From the IMG/VR virus record IMGVR_UViG_3300038525_000015, positions 1-64,000 of that record: a stretch of DNA of 64,000 nt; one strand, given 5' to 3'. Every line of letters begins with the position of its first letter. Positions within the stretch are counted from its first letter, which is position 1. The translations under genes were made by a program, and so were the position numbers. Source of the DNA: a virus. Taxonomy: Duplodnaviria > Caudoviricetes. Shown piece by piece: positions 26,362 to 35,960 of this stretch. The notes beneath the pieces were generated by a model, which made no database searches, was not told the DNA's origin, and saw nothing but the letters and a program-made list of their open reading frames with translations.

Positions 26362-26768
26362 CACAGCCCCGCTCCCCGCTTGCGCTCCAGCACCGCATCC
26401 ACGATCTCGGTAATCTCGCGGTCCTTCTTCGCCTCACTCCAGGCGAACAGCGCGCGAACCAGCACCCAGGCTGGCAGGCCGCAAACGAAGATCACGCCGC
26501 CGATGGCGATCATGCCCAGGTCGTCATTCACCCAGTGGCCGAGCTCGAACCAGCGGATCACGAACGCCCCGCCGCCGATACTGGAGACAGTGGTACTGAC
26601 CATGGCGACTACGAACTCGCGAACGGTGCGCGGCAGTGTCATTGCCATCACGACAACGGCAGCCAACACGGCCATGAAGCCAAAGGCGCCCAGCTTGTAC
26701 AGGGCAATGCCGCCTGCAGCGGTCAGCGGGCCTGGCTCGGACATGATGGAGATTCCAGTGGGTTTCAT
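26361..26768 (-). CDS. Putative holin / membrane protein
   Basis: About three TM segments and a charged C-terminus; early in the late operon; start could be 26744. Confidence 0.55.
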   Translation of the reverse strand: MKPTGISIMSEPGPLTAAGGIALYKLGAFGFMAVLAAVVVMAMTLPRTVREFVVAMVSTTVSSIGGGAFVIRWFELGHWVNDDLGMIAIGGVIFVCGLPAWVLVRALFAWSEAKKDREITEIVDAVLERKRGAGL

Positions 26769-26969
26769 GTGGCACTCCCGGCCAGGGCCTGGTGGTGTCG
26801 TGTAGAGCCGGCTCTCCATGGCCTGGCATCCGCCGGAGAGCAAGGACGCAGGCATGGGAGCCGGAAGGGGTGGATCGTCGTGCATCCGGGAAAGCGGCCA
26901 GCACGTAGCGGCTTTCCTCGGCGGCACAGAAAAGCCCGGATTCGCCGGGCTTCTCCATCGCAGGCAGTG

Positions 26970-27257
26970 TCAGTAGGGCGTCGCGCCGTCCGTGTCGGGC
27001 AGCGGCTTGGCCGTGACCATCACGAAGTGGTTGCTCATGGCGCGCAGGTTGCTTTTCGGTGCCTGGTCATCGACCGAGCCGCCGGCGCGCCACATGGCCA
27101 GGCCTAGCTCCATTCGGGTGTACGCGACACCCTGCGGCTCGCTGGCGATGAAGGCGGCGCGGTAGGCGTAGATCGCCGGCTCCGCGAGCGCGGGCAGTAC
27201 GGCAAAGCAGGACAGGCAGGCGGCAAGCGCGCAGCCCAGGTACTTGGTGATTCGCAT
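26970..27257 (-). CDS. Hypothetical protein with signal peptide
   Basis: MRITKYLGCALAACLSCFAVLPALA; GAGG RBS. Confidence 0.55.
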   Translation of the reverse strand: MRITKYLGCALAACLSCFAVLPALAEPAIYAYRAAFIASEPQGVAYTRMELGLAMWRAGGSVDDQAPKSNLRAMSNHFVMVTAKPLPDTDGATPY

Positions 27258-27544
27258 GCGATGCTCCTCGATTGTTGTGGCACGGAAACGAAAAGGCCCC
27301 GCACATGGCGAGGCCGATAGATAGAGCCCGACTCCCCGCACGTCTACGGGGCGATACCTGTGCTCAGGTCGCGCAGTGTGCTGCGTGTGGCGCGTAGCCA
27401 GTCGCAAGCAGGCCGGGATAGGGCTGGGCGCATGGTGGCGAGCCATTCACACGGCCGTTGGCGCCCGGGAACTGGTGGTGCTGGAAACCGAGCGAAACCG
27501 GCTCAAGCCCAGCAATCACGCGGCTTTGTGCCGGTGCTGAAACT

Positions 27545-27582
27545 CAAAAGCCCCGACCAGATTGCTCTGAGCCGGGGCTTCA
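27545..27582 (-). terminator. Terminator behind the late (pR'-like) promoter
   Basis: GCCCCGGC...GTCGGGGC-TTTT on the minus strand; TTGACA at 27660-27655 is the candidate -35. Confidence 0.55.
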
Positions 27583-27656
27583 TTCGTTTAATCGTCAATC
27601 CTCAACGCGCAAGATCGACAGGATGGGCGTAGTTTGTTGCACGGTTGCCTGCCGTG

Positions 27657-28232
27657 TCAAGCGGCAATGTCCAGCAGCACACCCTCTGCGCGCAGAATCA
27701 CCTCAACCTCGGCCAGCGCCTCCTTCACCATGCCCTCCAGCACCGACTCGACGCCCTTGCGCCATCGCCAGTAGGTCGTCCGGTTCAGGCCTTGGCTGTC
27801 CCAGGTGTTCAGGTCGTAGAACTCGGACGGCAGGATGATCATGTCCGTCGAACGCTTGCCGGATGCGCCTTTGAGCTGCGGGATTGCCCAAGCGGTGACG
27901 GCCTTGTAGACGAACAGGCGCGGCGCGTGACTGGCGATCAGCGGCACCAGGGCGCCAATGGATCCAACCTTGTGCGCCTTGTGCGTGCTGTACCGGGCGA
28001 CCAGCGCATCCCAGTGGCGCGGCTTGAGTTGGCTATGCAGGCGGGAGTAGACCCAGCAATCCGCATCCTGCCGACTGATCGCACCAGAGCGCGCCGCGCG
28101 CACCAGGCTCGCCAGATCACCAGCCTCCCCGCTCGACTGATAGAGCTTCTGCCAGGCCTGCTTGCTTGTCGAGTCGATGCACTCGGCCGCCAGGGCGGAT
28201 ACCACTGCCGCCAGTACGCTGGTGTAGATCAT
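27657..28232 (-). CDS. Late-gene regulator, Q antiterminator-like
   Basis: Last gene of the nin region, before the late promoter; C-terminal RTTYWRWR HTH-like helix. Confidence 0.55.
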   Translation of the reverse strand: MIYTSVLAAVVSALAAECIDSTSKQAWQKLYQSSGEAGDLASLVRAARSGAISRQDADCWVYSRLHSQLKPRHWDALVARYSTHKAHKVGSIGALVPLIASHAPRLFVYKAVTAWAIPQLKGASGKRSTDMIILPSEFYDLNTWDSQGLNRTTYWRWRKGVESVLEGMVKEALAEVEVILRAEGVLLDIAA

Positions 28233-28816
28233 GCCACTCCCCCTTTCTTCAGCTCCCGGAGCTTCGCCCGGTACTCCGCCTTGATGGCCTTCAAGTCTTC
28301 GATCGTGTAGCGCTTGGGCTCGTGCGTCCCTTCCAGCCAGGCAACCCGGTCGGCGCCGATCTTCGCCACCAGGTTGATCCGGTAATTCACGATGTCGCCG
28401 GACTTGTGGTTATTGCAGGGCGCGCATTGCTTGTGGACGTTGAACGGCTCGAACCGCAGTTCCGGGGTCGATCCCACTGTGCGGTAATGGCCAGCGTGGT
28501 ACTGGCCCTGGTGGTGCCGGCCGCAGCTGATGCAGGGCTGGTCCCGGTCACGCTCGCGCACCCAGGCGTTGAACACGGCCTGCGCCTCGCGCATGTGGTC
28601 GGCCCTGGTCTTGAGCCGTTGCTTGGCAGCGCGGATCTCCTTCCGCTCCATCGTGGCCAGCGCCTTGCGCTCTCGATCCTGCTTCGCCCGGGTCAGGGAC
28701 AGAGCGCACGGGACGCTGCAGGCGACCTGCAGGGGCTTGGACGGGGTGAACTGCTCGCGGCAGTGCCGGCACTTCTTGGAGCGCGTCGCCTTACCGGCCT
28801 GTACTGCTTGCCTCAC
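28229..28816 (-). CDS. ninG: NinG / Rap family nuclease
   Basis: CISCGR..AGHYRTVGS..LRFEPFNVHKQCAPCN; GTG start. Confidence 0.88.
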   Translation of the reverse strand: MRQAVQAGKATRSKKCRHCREQFTPSKPLQVACSVPCALSLTRAKQDRERKALATMERKEIRAAKQRLKTRADHMREAQAVFNAWVRERDRDQPCISCGRHHQGQYHAGHYRTVGSTPELRFEPFNVHKQCAPCNNHKSGDIVNYRINLVAKIGADRVAWLEGTHEPKRYTIEDLKAIKAEYRAKLRELKKGGVA

Positions 28817-29018
28817 TCCCCGCCCTCCTCGCCAGCGCCGCCACAACAGCATCCCGGGCATCCTCGGCCACAGCTGCCAGCAGCCGGCGCGCTTCCGCCT
28901 GCCGCTCCTTGCCCTTGAGTTCCCGGCACTTCCACCGGATCAGGCACGCCTGCTTGTCGGCCTCGATCAGCGCCCGATCCGTTGCTGGCAACAAGGCCAA
29001 ATTGCGCGAGCCAGTCAT
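28791..29018 (-). CDS. Hypothetical nin-region protein
   Basis: 75 aa helical ORF. Confidence 0.45.
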   Translation of the reverse strand: MTGSRNLALLPATDRALIEADKQACLIRWKCRELKGKERQAEARRLLAAVAEDARDAVVAALARRAGSEASSTGR

Positions 29019-29188
29019 GGCCGACACCCTCGTAATGCTCGCCTGTGTTGCCGTTCTGGCCGATCACGTCGATTCGGCTGATCTTCATTTCCCTCACCGC
29101 CCCCACTCCAGCCAAGCGCCCAAGCACACGCAGCCCATCGCGAACAACGGCTGCCCGAAAAACAGGAACAGGAACGCGAACAGCCAGA

Positions 29189-29593
29189 TCACGCCGCAAT
29201 CCCCCAGTGGTCAGCCGTGGTGAACTTCACGCCCTGCTCGGCGGCGAACGCCTCCATCACCTCGAACATGTCCGAGAACCACTTCTTGCTCTGCTTGCGG
29301 GTCGAGATGCCCAGCACCACGAAGCCGCCATCCAGGCCAGGTACGGCGCGCTGCTTCTCCACCGAGGCGCTGAAAATGTGCTTCCAGTCCTCTTCCTTGA
29401 GCTTCTGGCCGTACCACTCAACCTGGCGGCTGATGTCGCGCAACATGGCCCACATGCGGCGGTTCTGCGGGTCGCTTCGGACCTCTTCGCGCATGGTCCA
29501 GGTCCAGCCGGCGGAGAGGTCCACCTTCTGCAGGATTGCGATGGCGCGCTGGCGATCAATTTCGCTGCGGAGCGGGAATGTCGGATTACCCAC
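29189..29593 (-). CDS. ninB: NinB / Orf recombination mediator
   Basis: RSDPQNRRMWAML..ISRQVEWYG...WKHIF...STRK. Confidence 0.85.
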   Translation of the reverse strand: MGNPTFPLRSEIDRQRAIAILQKVDLSAGWTWTMREEVRSDPQNRRMWAMLRDISRQVEWYGQKLKEEDWKHIFSASVEKQRAVPGLDGGFVVLGISTRKQSKKWFSDMFEVMEAFAAEQGVKFTTADHWGIAA

Positions 29594-29852
29594 GGCGATG
29601 CCTCCCCTTCTCGTCCTCGACCTCCTGGCACGGCGCGCAGCGGATCGCCCAGGGCGCAGCGGCACGGCGGGCGGCCGGGATCTGGCAACCACAATCCTCG
29701 CAGTCGTCCTGCCCGGCGCCCTGCATCTGGGCGCGCACAAGGGCAACGCCGCCCAGCTCGGCCAGCGTCGCGTTGGCAGACGCTTTGTCTGCGGGGTCGG
29801 CGGCGGTACGGGCCAGCTCAAGGGCTTCGGCCATTTCGGTTCGGTCAGTCAT
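29586..29852 (-). CDS. TraR/DksA C4 zinc-finger protein
   Basis: CEDCGCQIPAARR..PWAIRCAPCQ. Confidence 0.85.
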   Translation of the reverse strand: MTDRTEMAEALELARTAADPADKASANATLAELGGVALVRAQMQGAGQDDCEDCGCQIPAARRAAAPWAIRCAPCQEVEDEKGRHRRG

Positions 29853-30573
29853 GGGCAGCACCACCTGCACCACCTGCACCACCTGCAGGTTTCCGCTGCT
29901 CCTGCATGACCTGCAGCTTTTCGCGCAACCTGCTGGTCAGCGGCGGCGCCTGCAAAACGGGCAGCTCCTGCTCAACCAGCACCAGCGCGATACACAGCCC
30001 CTGGAGCAAGGCGCTCTCGGTTGTGCCTTGCGGCTCAGGTGCCGGCAATGTCGCCCCGGCAGCCCTCAGTTGGTCGCGCACCCGTTCCAGGGCCGCCGCA
30101 AGCCGGTCGCGGTCAGCTGCCAGTGCCGCCCAATGCTCTGCCGCCTTCGGCCCATGCAGTAGCTCCAGCAGTCGCAGCCGCTTGACCTCTGCCCGGAGCT
30201 TTTCCGCCTCGGCCGACCAGTCAAGCCAGGCGTCGAGATCAAAGTCACCCCTGACGCCTTCGCGCAGCCGCTTGTTTTCGGAGCGCAACTTGGAGACTTC
30301 CGCGCGCAGGTCTCGCATTTCGCGAGCCTCAGTCTCCTTGTGCATCTTGTAGAGCCCGGCCAGCGCCTCGTTTTGCTCAATGAGCTTGAGCACAGCGGCC
30401 GGGCTGACTGCCTCGGCGAATGCCTGCTCCGCCGGGGACAACCCGAACGATGGCTGCCAGTCATTCGGATCGCCGTACATGGCGTTATCCGTGCGCGCAG
30501 CCTCGGCCAGCGCCTTCAGCTTCTCGATATCAACCACGATCAAACCCCTCTTCGCGGAATACCCGCACTGCAA
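29845..30573 (-). CDS. Ead/Ea22-like coiled-coil protein
   Basis: DIEKLKALAEAA...SPAAVLKLIEQNE. Confidence 0.55.
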   Translation of the reverse strand: MQCGYSAKRGLIVVDIEKLKALAEAARTDNAMYGDPNDWQPSFGLSPAEQAFAEAVSPAAVLKLIEQNEALAGLYKMHKETEAREMRDLRAEVSKLRSENKRLREGVRGDFDLDAWLDWSAEAEKLRAEVKRLRLLELLHGPKAAEHWAALAADRDRLAAALERVRDQLRAAGATLPAPEPQGTTESALLQGLCIALVLVEQELPVLQAPPLTSRLREKLQVMQEQRKPAGGAGGAGGAAHD

Positions 30574-30639
30574 ACTCGATGTAGCCGGTGATGCCGGCGG
30601 CGGCGATCCAGCAGAGGGCCTGAAATGCGTACTCAGCCA

Positions 30640-31980
30640 TCAGAAATTCACCTCGACGTCATTGCTGCTGCGGAAGTGCTGGGCGAGCGGAACGAACCTG
30701 GAACAGGACCCCTGGAACGCGGTGAGCACGGTGTCGATCTCGCCGTCACGGTTCTTGCGGATCAGGACTTCGCCGATACCCTTGTCCTGGGTGTTCGGGT
30801 GGTAAACCTCGTCGCGGTACACGAACATCACGATGTCGGCGTCCTGCTCGATGGCGCCGGACTCGCGCAGATCGGAAAGGACCGGGCGCTTGTCGGGGCG
30901 AGACTCGCAGCCACGATTGAGCTGGGCCAGGATGATCACCGGGCAGCCGATCTCGCGAGCCAGTAGCTTGATCTGGCGTGACATCGCGGTGACATCCTCA
31001 ACTCGGCCGGCGCCCTCGCCCTCGATAAGGCCCAGGTAGTCGATAACCACCAGGCCCATGCCACCCATGCGGTGCTTCTGCCGGCGCACAATCGAGCGGA
31101 TGCGCGGCATGGTCATCACCGGAACATCGGATACCGCAATGGGCGCCTCCGAGATCTTGTGGGCGGCACTCGTGAGCTGCGCGGCGTAGTCGTTGCAGCA
31201 CTCGCCAGTTTTCAGCGATGGGAGCGGTATCCCGCCAACCGCCGCGATGAGGCGATCCATGAGCTGGGTCTTGCTCATTTCCAGGCTGATGACGGCAACC
31301 GGCTTGCGCTGGTTGATGGCCGCGTCAGCGGCTATGTTCATGGCCAGCGTGGTCTTGCCCATCGCAGGGCGACCGCCGATGACGATCATCTGCCCCGGCT
31401 TCATTCCCTGAAGACGCCGATCCAGGTCAGGAATGCCAGTGCCCAGGCCGTCGATGGTTTCACCCTTGGCCAGGCGGTCGTTTCGCTCCTGCAAAATCTC
31501 GATGTGCTCGCGCAGGATGTCACCCACCATCTGGCACTCGACATCTGCGCCGCTGGCATCCAGAGCGAGGATGGTCGATTGCGCCTGGGCAATCTTGTCC
31601 TCAACGGCTGCCTGCTCGTGGGCGATCTCGTGGATTCGCTCTGCTGCGGCCGCGATCTGCCGGCCAACGGCGCGGTCACGGATAATCTGCGCGTAGACCT
31701 TGGCGTTTGCGGCGCTCGGGGTGTTCTTCTGGATCTCGCCCGCATAAGCCATCGTGCGGGTGCCGCTTGGCAGTTCGGTGCGGCGCTCGCCCAGGGTAAT
31801 CACGTCAACCGGCTGCCCATCGTTGTGTAGCTCGAGGATCAGGCGGTACAGGTCGGCGTTATCCTGGTATGCGAACGCTTCAGGCGACAGGTCATCGCTC
31901 AGGACGTCGATCAGGTGCGGCTGCTTGAGCATTGCGCCGATGACGCCGTGCTCCGCTTCCAGGCTGTGAAGTTCGATCAT
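30640..31980 (-). CDS. dnaB: Phage replicative helicase, DnaB family
   Basis: GGRPAMGKTT, VVIDYLGL, LAQLNR, DLRESGAIEQDAD. Confidence 0.95.
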   Translation of the reverse strand: MIELHSLEAEHGVIGAMLKQPHLIDVLSDDLSPEAFAYQDNADLYRLILELHNDGQPVDVITLGERRTELPSGTRTMAYAGEIQKNTPSAANAKVYAQIIRDRAVGRQIAAAAERIHEIAHEQAAVEDKIAQAQSTILALDASGADVECQMVGDILREHIEILQERNDRLAKGETIDGLGTGIPDLDRRLQGMKPGQMIVIGGRPAMGKTTLAMNIAADAAINQRKPVAVISLEMSKTQLMDRLIAAVGGIPLPSLKTGECCNDYAAQLTSAAHKISEAPIAVSDVPVMTMPRIRSIVRRQKHRMGGMGLVVIDYLGLIEGEGAGRVEDVTAMSRQIKLLAREIGCPVIILAQLNRGCESRPDKRPVLSDLRESGAIEQDADIVMFVYRDEVYHPNTQDKGIGEVLIRKNRDGEIDTVLTAFQGSCSRFVPLAQHFRSSNDVEVNF

Positions 31981-33014
31981 TGCTGCGCCTCCGAGATTTC
32001 ACGGAACACGGCGCGGCTGACCAGGGCTTCGAGGCGCGGAACGACGTTCTGGCCGCGGTAGAACACCTGGGAGCGGTTGTTGGCCTTCTGGAAGAACGGC
32101 AGCCAGAAATCCTTGCCGCTCTGGTGCTCCGGCGATTCGTTCCAGCGCTCGACAATCATGCTGCGAAGCGCCTTGTCGGCCTTCACGGTCACTGCCGGCA
32201 GGTTCGGGCAAACACGGTGGTACAGGTCGATGATCTGATCCACCGGGACGTCAGCTTCGCCGGCTTCCGGTGCGGACGGCTGGACTGCCGCACGGACCTT
32301 CTCGGACTTCACCCACTTGACCAGGCGGTTGCACCAGCCAGCAGCGGTGTCGCATACCGTGGCATGTGCCGCCCAGTGGCAGACAAACCCGGCAATCAGC
32401 TCGTCGGTGAACGCCTCGAGCTGCACGCCCTGCATGGTGGCGTAGGTTTTCAGCGTTGCAGCGTCCGGCTTCCAGCCAAGCGTCATCGGCCGGTACTGGC
32501 TCCCCTCGAAAATGTCAGCGACCTTCGCGCCGGCGCCCTGAGCAGAGCCTGAAGTAATCTCTGTAGTAGTCTCTGTAATAGATTGGCGTTTTCCGCCATC
32601 ACAGACTGGCGCTTTCGTGCAATCCAGTTTGGCGCTTTCCGCCATACTGGATTGGCGCTTTTGTACATCCAGGCAATCAATGACCTTTTCCAGGTTGACG
32701 CGGAAGTAGGTCTTGCACGGAACGCCCTTCTTCAGCTCTTCGACCAGACCCAGGGCCTTAAGCTTTGCCCTGGCGGTTTCCTGCTCGCGTCGCGTGAGGC
32801 CGGTCTCGGCCTCCCATTCGGCCTGGGTCTTGTAGAACCAGCCATCGGTGTCGCTGGTGCGACTAGACCAGTAGACGGCCTGGGAAAGCATCAGGGCGCC
32901 CGTAACGCCAGCGCCCAAATCAACGAACTGGCGGTGATAGGCTACTGGCCGCTCGAGCATCGATTGCAGCGGCATAGTGTCCTGACCTCGAATGACAGAA
33001 ACTCGAGTATTCAT
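31977..33014 (-). CDS. Replication initiator (O-like)
   Basis: wHTH WFYKTQAEWEAETGLTRREQETAR; DnaT-like middle region; upstream of the helicase. Confidence 0.8.
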   Translation of the reverse strand: MNTRVSVIRGQDTMPLQSMLERPVAYHRQFVDLGAGVTGALMLSQAVYWSSRTSDTDGWFYKTQAEWEAETGLTRREQETARAKLKALGLVEELKKGVPCKTYFRVNLEKVIDCLDVQKRQSSMAESAKLDCTKAPVCDGGKRQSITETTTEITSGSAQGAGAKVADIFEGSQYRPMTLGWKPDAATLKTYATMQGVQLEAFTDELIAGFVCHWAAHATVCDTAAGWCNRLVKWVKSEKVRAAVQPSAPEAGEADVPVDQIIDLYHRVCPNLPAVTVKADKALRSMIVERWNESPEHQSGKDFWLPFFQKANNRSQVFYRGQNVVPRLEALVSRAVFREISEAQQ

Positions 33015-33601
33015 GCGTCAGCCCTCTCGACAATCAGAGCCAGCGAACGCTTTGGCTTGATAGGGCACTCGGCGGGCAGGTGCTCGAGCAGGATGCTTTT
33101 GGATACGGCGGCAGCACTTATGATCCATTGCGGGACCAGGCTGATCGGGCAGCTGAAGCGAACTTTTTCTTCTTCGCGCCACATTGCTATGCCGCACTGA
33201 AACCGAGCCATCTCGGCGAACAAGCGGACGCGCTCTGCATCGGATTCAGCGCTTCTTATCTTGGCGAGATCCATGTCGACTGCGAGGTAGTAACTGCCGT
33301 CGCTGGTTGTCACGCACGAAGTACAGAGCTCGCTAATCGTGCTGATAAAAGTCTCGAGCGACCCACGAAAGAATTCGCGCCCATCATTGATGCGCTCGAG
33401 CTCGAACATTTCATGAATTTCGCGCTCTACGGCGAGCGGATCCTCCACCTCGCCATAACACAGCAAATCGAATGGCATGGGGGCACTGGTCGAACTAGAC
33501 AGCTCATGGACGCGCTGGCTCGGGGCGCGCTCAGTCATGCCGATCTTGAAAATGCCCGGCATAGCTTGATTGCCCAAGCAGTAGATAAAACCGAATTTCA
33601 T
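33011..33601 (-). CDS. T5orf172 (GIY-YIG) domain protein
   Basis: GFIYCL...FKIGMTER.P..RV.EL...GREFF. Confidence 0.8.
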   Translation of the reverse strand: MKFGFIYCLGNQAMPGIFKIGMTERAPSQRVHELSSSTSAPMPFDLLCYGEVEDPLAVEREIHEMFELERINDGREFFRGSLETFISTISELCTSCVTTSDGSYYLAVDMDLAKIRSAESDAERVRLFAEMARFQCGIAMWREEEKVRFSCPISLVPQWIISAAAVSKSILLEHLPAECPIKPKRSLALIVERADA

Positions 33602-33604
33602 GGC

Positions 33605-33853
33605 TTATACTTCCTCCGTCATACGTACTTCTGTGCTCACTTCGGTTGCAGCCGAAGCGCACAACGAGGCCCGCAGATGCGCCAAACACGCACTGCGGGC
33701 TTTCTTTTTGCCGTCCGCGCTGTAGCTCGCTCGCACCTGGCGGGCAAACTCCATTGCATGGGCCTGGTGTTCTTCCCGGCTGGCCATTGCGACCAGTGCC
33801 GGATTACCCATCCCGGAAAGCGCCTTGGTCAGCGTCCTGTTGATCTGTTCCAT
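33605..33853 (-). CDS. Hypothetical protein (cII position)
   Basis: 82 aa between cro and the replication genes. Confidence 0.4.
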   Translation of the reverse strand: MEQINRTLTKALSGMGNPALVAMASREEHQAHAMEFARQVRASYSADGKKKARSACLAHLRASLCASAATEVSTEVRMTEEV

Positions 33854-33959
33854 TCCGAACCCCTGGAAACCACTGGATAACCGTCCACCCAACCCGGGCG
33901 ACTACTCCTGCCCTCCCCATCCCCGCAGAATGCGAGGCATGGAAAAGGCAGCCCTAAAT

Positions 33960-34277
33960 TCATCCCGCCAAACGATCAGCCAGCTCGACTGCCTTCTCTC
34001 CGCATTCGCGCAGGGCCTGGATTTCGTTGCCGGTGGGATCGGTGGTGCGGCGGCCGCGACGGTCGTCGGGGGCGAGTTGGGCGCGGCGGCCGGAGCTGGG
34101 CGCAGCCTCACGCTGAGCGATGACCTTGAACTTGCCCTTGGTGATGACCTGAATCTGGTACTGGCGCGCCTCGGGGACTTCCTCGCCCCACATGCTCACA
34201 GCGCTCGGCTGGATGCCCAGGGCCTCGGCCAGCTTCTTTTTCCCGCCGAAATGGGCGGCGACGTCTGCAGTCTTCAT
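33960..34277 (-). CDS. cro: Cro-like repressor
   Basis: FGGKKKLAEALGIQPSAVSMWGEEVPEARQYQI; divergent from cI. Confidence 0.88.
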   Translation of the reverse strand: MKTADVAAHFGGKKKLAEALGIQPSAVSMWGEEVPEARQYQIQVITKGKFKVIAQREAAPSSGRRAQLAPDDRRGRRTTDPTGNEIQALRECGEKAVELADRLAG

Positions 34278-34303
34278 TTCGTCTCCCGAATCTGACTGGA
34301 CGC

Positions 34304-34378
34304 ATTTCAGCATGCTTAATTTACAGGGTCAACAAGCCCCGCAGACTCAATGCATACTTAATTTCAGTTCACTTAACA
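34304..34378. promoter_or_regulatory. oR operators and pR promoter
   Basis: ATTTCAG-N3-(G/A)CTTAA at 34304 and 34361; TTGACC-N17-TGAAAT on the minus strand (34332-34304). Confidence 0.6.
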
Positions 34379-34386
34379 TCAACGGC

Positions 34387-35139
34387 ATGGAACGCCACGA
34401 ACGCATCGCAAAGGCCATCGCGGCCAGCGGCAAGAAGAAGGGGGAGATTGCAGACGCTTGCGGCGTCGCAGCCTCTGCCGTCACTCAATGGATTAACGGG
34501 ACAAGCAAGAGCTTGCGACCCGAAAATCTGTACGCCCTGGCGAAAGTCACCGGGTTTCGTGCTGAGTGGCTCGCCATTGGAGAAGGCCCGGAGCGGGAGG
34601 CTGACTCCTCGCCCCCTCCCAAACCCATCGAATCGAACGCCCAACTGATCGGCATGATGTCCGGCTGGGACAGCAGCACGCCGCTACATGACGACGAGGT
34701 AGCCATCCCCTTGTTCAAGGAAGTCGAGTTGGCCGCCGGCCATGGCGCCACTGAGGTCGTGGAAGTGCCGGGGCGCCTGCTGCGGTTCGCCAAATCCACC
34801 CTGCGCGAGGCCGGGGTCCAGGAGCACAACGCCGCCTGCGCCACGATCAGCGGCACCAGCATGGAACGCCTGATCATGGATGGCGCAACGATCGGGATCG
34901 ACCGGGGCACCACGAACATCATCGATGGCGAGATCTACGCCTTCGACCATGACGGCATGCTGCGCGTGAAGTACCTCTACCGCATCCCTGGCGGTGGCCT
35001 GCGCGTGCGCAGCGAGAACAGCGAGGAGTACCCGGACGAGATCATCGAGCCCGACCAGCTCAGCCACGTCCGCATCCTGGGCTGGGTGTTCTGGTGGTCA
35101 ACGATCCGGCGCCGGAACGGGCTGAGGCTGGCGAAGTAA
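34387..35139 (+). CDS. cI: CI-like repressor (HTH plus S24 peptidase)
   Basis: HTH IADACGVAASAVTQWING; ISGTSME (Ser) and LRVKYL (Lys) catalytic motifs. Confidence 0.93.
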   Translation: MERHERIAKAIAASGKKKGEIADACGVAASAVTQWINGTSKSLRPENLYALAKVTGFRAEWLAIGEGPEREADSSPPPKPIESNAQLIGMMSGWDSSTPLHDDEVAIPLFKEVELAAGHGATEVVEVPGRLLRFAKSTLREAGVQEHNAACATISGTSMERLIMDGATIGIDRGTTNIIDGEIYAFDHDGMLRVKYLYRIPGGGLRVRSENSEEYPDEIIEPDQLSHVRILGWVFWWSTIRRRNGLRLAK

Positions 35140-35172
35140 TCGCGCAGCCAGACATAGCCATAGGAGTTGCAC

Positions 35173-35478
35173 ATGGAAGATAGAGCCGGCATGCCAATTA
35201 CGCAGGATGACGTGACATTCACGGTCAGTGAATTCATGGAGTTCCTGGCTGCTACCGGGCGCAGCAGCAAGTGCCCGGTCTGCCCACACCAAGGCGACTG
35301 GATCTTCCACACCATGCCCGACAACGAAACGGTGGCGATCTACGCCGCCAAGCACTTTGGCATGGATGATGGCTATATGCCTGTCGCCTACATGGAATGC
35401 CCTACTTGCGGCTTTCTACAGCAAACCAGCCTCTTTGCTGTGATGTGCCATAGAAAAGGAGTTCGCAATGAGTCGTGA
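35173..35478 (+). CDS. Zinc-ribbon protein downstream of cI
   Basis: CPVC and CPTC pairs; AGGAG RBS. Confidence 0.65.
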   Translation: MEDRAGMPITQDDVTFTVSEFMEFLAATGRSSKCPVCPHQGDWIFHTMPDNETVAIYAAKHFGMDDGYMPVAYMECPTCGFLQQTSLFAVMCHRKGVRNES

Positions 35479-35788
35479 CCTGCGCCTGGCGGTCAACAAT
35501 GTGCGGCACGGCGAGTGGACCGAAACCGCCCTGCGGCGCCATACTGGGGGAAATCCACCGGGAGGTGATGGAATGGATGGCCGCATCCGAGACCTTGAGC
35601 GCGACATGACCGACGTGAAGGTGGCGCTCGGCAAGGTGGAGACTCGCCTTGCGAACATCGAACAGAACATGCTCACCAAGGGCCAGATGGCGATCTACGC
35701 CCTGATGGGCGGCATTGCTGTATTCGGCGCCGGCTGGTGGGTTGTTCAGCAGTACCTGGCTCCGCTGGTGGCGAGCCTGCCGAAATGA
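35468..35788 (+). CDS. Coiled-coil protein with C-terminal TM helix
   Basis: GGNPPGGDGMDGRIRDLERD coiled coil, then a hydrophobic tail; overlaps the previous gene. Confidence 0.65.
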   Translation: MSRDLRLAVNNVRHGEWTETALRRHTGGNPPGGDGMDGRIRDLERDMTDVKVALGKVETRLANIEQNMLTKGQMAIYALMGGIAVFGAGWWVVQQYLAPLVASLPK

Positions 35789-35822
35789 TTGATTGGCAAG
35801 TCGAGCCTCATCGCGCGCAAAC
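35788..35822 (+). terminator. Terminator of the immunity transcript
   Basis: AGCCCCGC-ACCTC-GCGGGGCT-TTTT; a second hairpin plus T-run follows near 35895-35920. Confidence 0.7.
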
Positions 35823-35960
35823 ATAACCAAGCCCCGCACCTCGCGGGGCTTTTTGTTTCTGCGCCACAGCCACCGCCTGACCCGACACCCTTCCCCGGCC
35901 CGCATTGCGCGGGCTTTTTTGTGCCCGTGAGACGCACCTTCCCCCTCTGCTGAAGAATTA

